This document shows, piece by piece, positions 33,855 through 37,310 of a stretch of 37,310 nt of DNA. Below the pieces are notes generated by a model. It was given only the letters and a program-made list of their open reading frames with translations. It did no database searches and was not told the origin of the DNA. How positions within the stretch are numbered: position 1 is the first letter of the stretch; every line of letters begins with the position of its first letter. The position numbers and the translations under genes were made by a program. Origin of the DNA: a virus (taxonomy: Duplodnaviria > Caudoviricetes); IMG/VR virus record IMGVR_UViG_3300023283_000354, positions 1 to 37,310 of that record, one strand, 5' to 3'.

Positions 33855-33906
33855 AGGTTAGCGAATAGCGAATCTCTGGTCAAGAAGAAACTTCGCTATC
33901 AGCGAA
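33855..33906 (-). promoter_or_regulatory. TA promoter and operator
   Basis: Minus-strand TTGACC, 17 nt, TAACCT; tandem TAGCGAA (33859, 33866) and palindrome TTCGCT-ATC-AGCGAA (33892-33906). Confidence 0.65.
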
Positions 33907-34090
33907 TACATTGCCTGTGGCAGGACCACGAAGCAGCAGACAACCCCGGCCGAAGGGCGGGGGATGGGGGTGGGCGCCCCCAGAGCCAGGAGGAGTCAGC
34001 TCCTATGACCACGTCCGGCCGAGACATGGCCATCCCGCCACCCGTGCGCTCGGGCGGGCGGGTTCAAGCAGGGTTTCGTGCATGTTGTCA

Positions 34091-34888
34091 ATGCAAGTCG
34101 ACCCCGTTCCCACGATCGCGCCCTACCTGGGCGGCAAGCGCTTCCTGGCCGGCCGGCTGGCCCGGCGCATCGCGGCCATCCCGCACGAGGTCTATGCCGA
34201 GCCCTTCCTGGGCGCCGGCGGGGTGTTCCTGCGCCGCACCCACGTGCCGCGCACCGAGATCGTCAACGATATCAACCGGGAGCTGGTGACCTTCCTGCGC
34301 TGCCTGCAGCGGCATTACGGCCCGCTGCTGGAGGAGCTGCGCTTCCGCGTGCAGGCGCGCGCCGAGTTCGAGCGCCTGAAGGCGAGCGACCCGGCGACGC
34401 TGACCGACCTGGAGCGGGCGGCGCGTTTCTTCTACCTGCAGCGCACAGCCTTCGGCGGGAAGGTGCGGGGGCAGACCTTCGGGGTGTCGCCCGGTGATGG
34501 CGGCTCGCGCTTCGACATGCGCGACCTGGAGCAGGTGCTGGCCAAGATCCACCGGCGCCTCGCCGGCGTCATCATCGAGTGCCTGGACTGGCGCGAGTTC
34601 CTGGCGCGCTACGACCGGCCGGAGACGCTGTTCTACCTGGACCCGCCGTACCACGGCCACGAGGCCGACTACGGCGCCGAGGTCTTCGCCCGCGCCGACT
34701 TCGCCGAGATGGCCGAGCGCCTGGCGGCGCTGCGCGGGCGCTTCCTGCTGTCCATCAACGACACGCCCGAGGTGCGGGAGATCTTCGGCGCCTTCCGGCT
34801 GGAGGCGGTGCAAACGACCTACACTGTCGGCAGCAAGGACGCGGGCGAGGGGAAGGCCGTGGGGGAGTTGATTGTCAGCGATCGTTGA
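34091..34888 (+). CDS. D12-class (Dam-like) N6-adenine DNA methyltransferase; start at 34082 or 34091
   Basis: PYLGGK, YAEPFLGAGGV, NDIN, FYLDPPY, FLLSIND. Confidence 0.93.
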   Translation: MQVDPVPTIAPYLGGKRFLAGRLARRIAAIPHEVYAEPFLGAGGVFLRRTHVPRTEIVNDINRELVTFLRCLQRHYGPLLEELRFRVQARAEFERLKASDPATLTDLERAARFFYLQRTAFGGKVRGQTFGVSPGDGGSRFDMRDLEQVLAKIHRRLAGVIIECLDWREFLARYDRPETLFYLDPPYHGHEADYGAEVFARADFAEMAERLAALRGRFLLSINDTPEVREIFGAFRLEAVQTTYTVGSKDAGEGKAVGELIVSDR

Positions 34889-35018
34889 TGGCGCGAACGA
34901 TGGCAACCGGAACTCGTTGAAAGCTAGAAATTCCTTCCTCGGCGGGGTTCAGGATGGGCTTGAGGAACCGTCGGTAGCTTGTATTGTAAGACCGGAATCA
35001 TTGAGGTGGATCTACAGC

Positions 35019-36203
35019 ATGCTATCGGATCAAGAATTGCTGGCGCTCAAGCGGGCGGGGGAATCAGAGCGCGTGGAGTTTAAGCGCTCTACGGCGCAAG
35101 GAAGCTCCATCCGCCGGGCCATCTGCGCCTTCGCGAATGACCTTGAGGGAGAAGGCAAGAGCGGTATCGTGTTCGTTGGCCTGGAAAACGATGGAACCTG
35201 CGCTCCGATTGAGAACCCTGACGACGCTCAGCAGAAGTTAGCAAACTGGGCGCAGGGCGGAGATATCTTGCCTCTGCCAGATGTAGAGATTCAGCTACGG
35301 GAGCTGGACGGTTGCCAAGTGATTGTGGTGGAGGTCCGGCCCCACATTGACCCTCCGGTTCGTTACCAAGGCCAGGCTTTTGTCCGGCTTGGGACCACGA
35401 ATCAGCGCGCGACCCCGCAACAGGAACTCCGCTTGGCAGAGCGACGGCGAGGGGGCGACCGCACTTTCGATCTACGGCCGGCCACGGGAACGAGATTAGA
35501 GGATTTAGACCTCGAAATCTTTGAGCGCGAATACCTGCCGAATGCCGTTGCCCCAGAAGTGCTTGAAGAAAATCAACGCACGACGACCGATCAACTCCGC
35601 GCCCTGCGCTTCCTGGTGGATGGTTCGCCGAATAACGGTGCATTGCTGATACTAGGTCACGATCCGGCTGCAACCATCCCCGGAGCCTACGTGCAGTTCT
35701 TGCGCATCGATGGCGCTGAACTAGGTGATCCCATCAAGAATGAAAAGGCCCTGAGCGGAACTCTACCAAGCATTATGAGCCAGCTTGATGAGCTTCTGGA
35801 GGTACACATTCAGGTGGGCGTAGATATCGAAAGCGCCCCTCGCGAACAGCGTCAGCCGGACTACCCTGTGATCGCCTTGCAACAGTTTGCTCGCAACGCC
35901 CTGATTCACCGAGACTACGAGTCGAGTAATTCTCCAGTACGTATATACTGGTTCAAAGACCGAATCGAAATTCATAATCCCGGGGGCCTTTTTGGCCAAG
36001 TCACTCGCGAAAATTTCGGCAAGGGGATTACTGACTACCGTAATCCCCTTATTGCTGAGGCCATGCATGTCCTGGGCTACGTTCAACGGTTCGGATACGG
36101 AGTGCCATTGGCGCGACGCCGTCTGCGAGACAACGGCAATCCTGAACCGGATTTTCAATTCGAAGCCACTTACGTGGCTGTTACGATAAGGCCAGCCGGA
36201 TGA
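35019..36203 (+). CDS. AlbA_2 (Schlafen-like) domain + HATPase_c_4 protein
   Basis: GESERVEFK...ICAFAN...G.VFVG.ENDG; YP..AL...RNALIHRDY, IEIHNPGGL, YRNPLIAE; visibly AT-richer than the prophage backbone. Confidence 0.85.
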   Translation: MLSDQELLALKRAGESERVEFKRSTAQGSSIRRAICAFANDLEGEGKSGIVFVGLENDGTCAPIENPDDAQQKLANWAQGGDILPLPDVEIQLRELDGCQVIVVEVRPHIDPPVRYQGQAFVRLGTTNQRATPQQELRLAERRRGGDRTFDLRPATGTRLEDLDLEIFEREYLPNAVAPEVLEENQRTTTDQLRALRFLVDGSPNNGALLILGHDPAATIPGAYVQFLRIDGAELGDPIKNEKALSGTLPSIMSQLDELLEVHIQVGVDIESAPREQRQPDYPVIALQQFARNALIHRDYESSNSPVRIYWFKDRIEIHNPGGLFGQVTRENFGKGITDYRNPLIAEAMHVLGYVQRFGYGVPLARRRLRDNGNPEPDFQFEATYVAVTIRPAG

Positions 36204-37171
36204 AAACTATAGCTTTCTTTAATAACAAGGGCGGTGTCGGCAAAACAGCGCTGGTGTACCATCTCGCTTGGATGTTCGCAGACCAAGGGTATTCCGTACT
36301 CGCTGCAGATCTAGACTCCCAAGCCAATCTCTCCACCATGTTTATGGATGAGGAAGAGCTAGAGGAATTTTGGCCGGAAGAGCAAAGTACCCACACAGCC
36401 CTTGCGCCTATACGACCCTTGCTTGAAGGCGAAGGCGGGATCGAGGAGCCCTATGTTGCTGAAATGGACAACATAGGCCTGCTCGTGGGGGATCTTGCCC
36501 TTTCGGGCTTCGAGGATGAACTCTCTCAACAATGGCCGCGTTGCTTGGACGGAGATAAGCGCGCGTTTCGAGTTCTCGGCGCTTTCGCCGAGATAATTCG
36601 TCGGGCCGGCGCGCAGCGCGAAGCTGATTTAGCTCTAATTGATGTAGGACCAAACCTTGGCGCCATCAACCGAGCCGCCCTCATTGCCGCCGACTACGTG
36701 GTCGTACCGCTCGGCCCAGACTTGTTCTCCCTCAAAGGTCTTCAAAACTTAGGCCCCACCTTACGAAAGTGGCGTCGCGAATGGGTAAAGCGCTTGGACG
36801 CACAACCTATAGGCATGGAAGTGCCCGAAGGCCGAATGCAGCCTATCGGATATGTCGTGATGCAGCATTCAGTCCGCCTAGCCCGACCCGTTAAAGCCTA
36901 TGGCAAGTGGATGAACCGCATTCCCGGGACATATCACCGCTACGTCCTTGATGAAGGTGGCAAGGAAGGTATCCGAGTGGGTGACGATCCGGAGTGCCTC
37001 TCGACCCTGAAAGACTACCGCAGTCTAATGCCTATGGCCCAGGAAGCCCGCAAGCCAATGTTCCACCTGAAGCCGGCCGACGGAGCCATCGGCTCCCATG
37101 TCCAGGCTGTTCGAAACTGCTATCAAGATTTCAAGAGTCTAGCTTGCCGCCTTTATCAGCGAACGTCCTAA
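36200..37171 (+). CDS. ParA/MinD-like ATPase (orphan subfamily)
   Basis: FNNKGGVGKT deviant Walker A, DLDSQANLS, IDVGPNLGAINR; ATGA overlap with the upstream gene. Confidence 0.9.
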   Translation: MKTIAFFNNKGGVGKTALVYHLAWMFADQGYSVLAADLDSQANLSTMFMDEEELEEFWPEEQSTHTALAPIRPLLEGEGGIEEPYVAEMDNIGLLVGDLALSGFEDELSQQWPRCLDGDKRAFRVLGAFAEIIRRAGAQREADLALIDVGPNLGAINRAALIAADYVVVPLGPDLFSLKGLQNLGPTLRKWRREWVKRLDAQPIGMEVPEGRMQPIGYVVMQHSVRLARPVKAYGKWMNRIPGTYHRYVLDEGGKEGIRVGDDPECLSTLKDYRSLMPMAQEARKPMFHLKPADGAIGSHVQAVRNCYQDFKSLACRLYQRTS

Positions 37172-37310
37172 TCTGAAGCTGTGGTAAGCTAGGCAAAATC
37201 CCGGGCATCCGTTGTCGAGCGGTCAGCTCGGCTGCATGGTGTGCGCGTGGGGAACGATGCTGCTGACCGGTGCGACCAGCTCCCAACGCTGGTCGAGGTG
37301 GGGTATCAGT

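Larger units (their letters stand above)
4657..37310. mobile_element. Lambdoid (siphovirus-type) prophage integrated at the tRNA-Ser 3' end; right boundary outside the window
   Basis: Integrase directly after the tRNA, then immunity, replication, cos/terminase, lambda-type head and tail genes. I found no second copy of the tRNA 3' end (attR) in the window. Confidence 0.93.

Noticed and set aside
188-34906. Many long alternative-frame and antisense ORFs (e.g. 188..1618, 1876..3765, 18737..20629, 21880..24174, 25509..27437, 29903..31654)
   Set aside because: They shadow well-supported genes, are Arg/Pro/Gly-rich and carry no motifs, as expected in high-GC DNA.
36200-37171. ParA-like gene as partition partner of the ParB at 6863..8644
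   Set aside because: It is 27 kb away, differs in base composition and is coupled to the AlbA_2 gene; not excluded, but unsupported.
37172-37310. attR or a further gene at the right edge
   Set aside because: No match to the tRNA 3' end and no interpretable ORF in 139 nt.

Overview
High-GC bacterial DNA, most likely an alphaproteobacterium (inferred from the GcrA-like gene and the prophage gene set). Bases 1-4421 are host genes: a secreted PHB-depolymerase-family esterase and a GST / cystathionine gamma-synthase-like / GST cluster. A tRNA-Ser(GCT) follows at 4565-4656. From there to the window end lies a lambdoid siphovirus-type prophage integrated at the tRNA 3' end. In order it carries integrase and xis, a leftward early operon with an HTH-ParB protein, a CI/Cro switch with TCAA-N4-TTGA operators, and a rightward early operon (GcrA-like protein, MT-A70 and C5 methyltransferases, split primase and D5 helicase, hicAB). 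Next come a repeat-rich origin, a late regulator, a cos-like site, lambda-type head genes, the tail tube and G/GT chaperones with a -1 frameshift. The window ends with higBA-like TA genes, a Dam-type methylase and an AT-richer AlbA_2(Schlafen)-HATPase + ParA-like pair. No tape measure, tail tip, lysis genes or attR are in the window. The best unexplained signals are (1) a frame-preserving double-hairpin element inside three phage genes, (2) a 13-bp palindrome CGAAC-GGC-GTTCG dispersed through an element that encodes an HTH-ParB, and (3) the Schlafen-HATPase/ParA cargo pair. All family calls come from motif recognition by eye; no database search was run.
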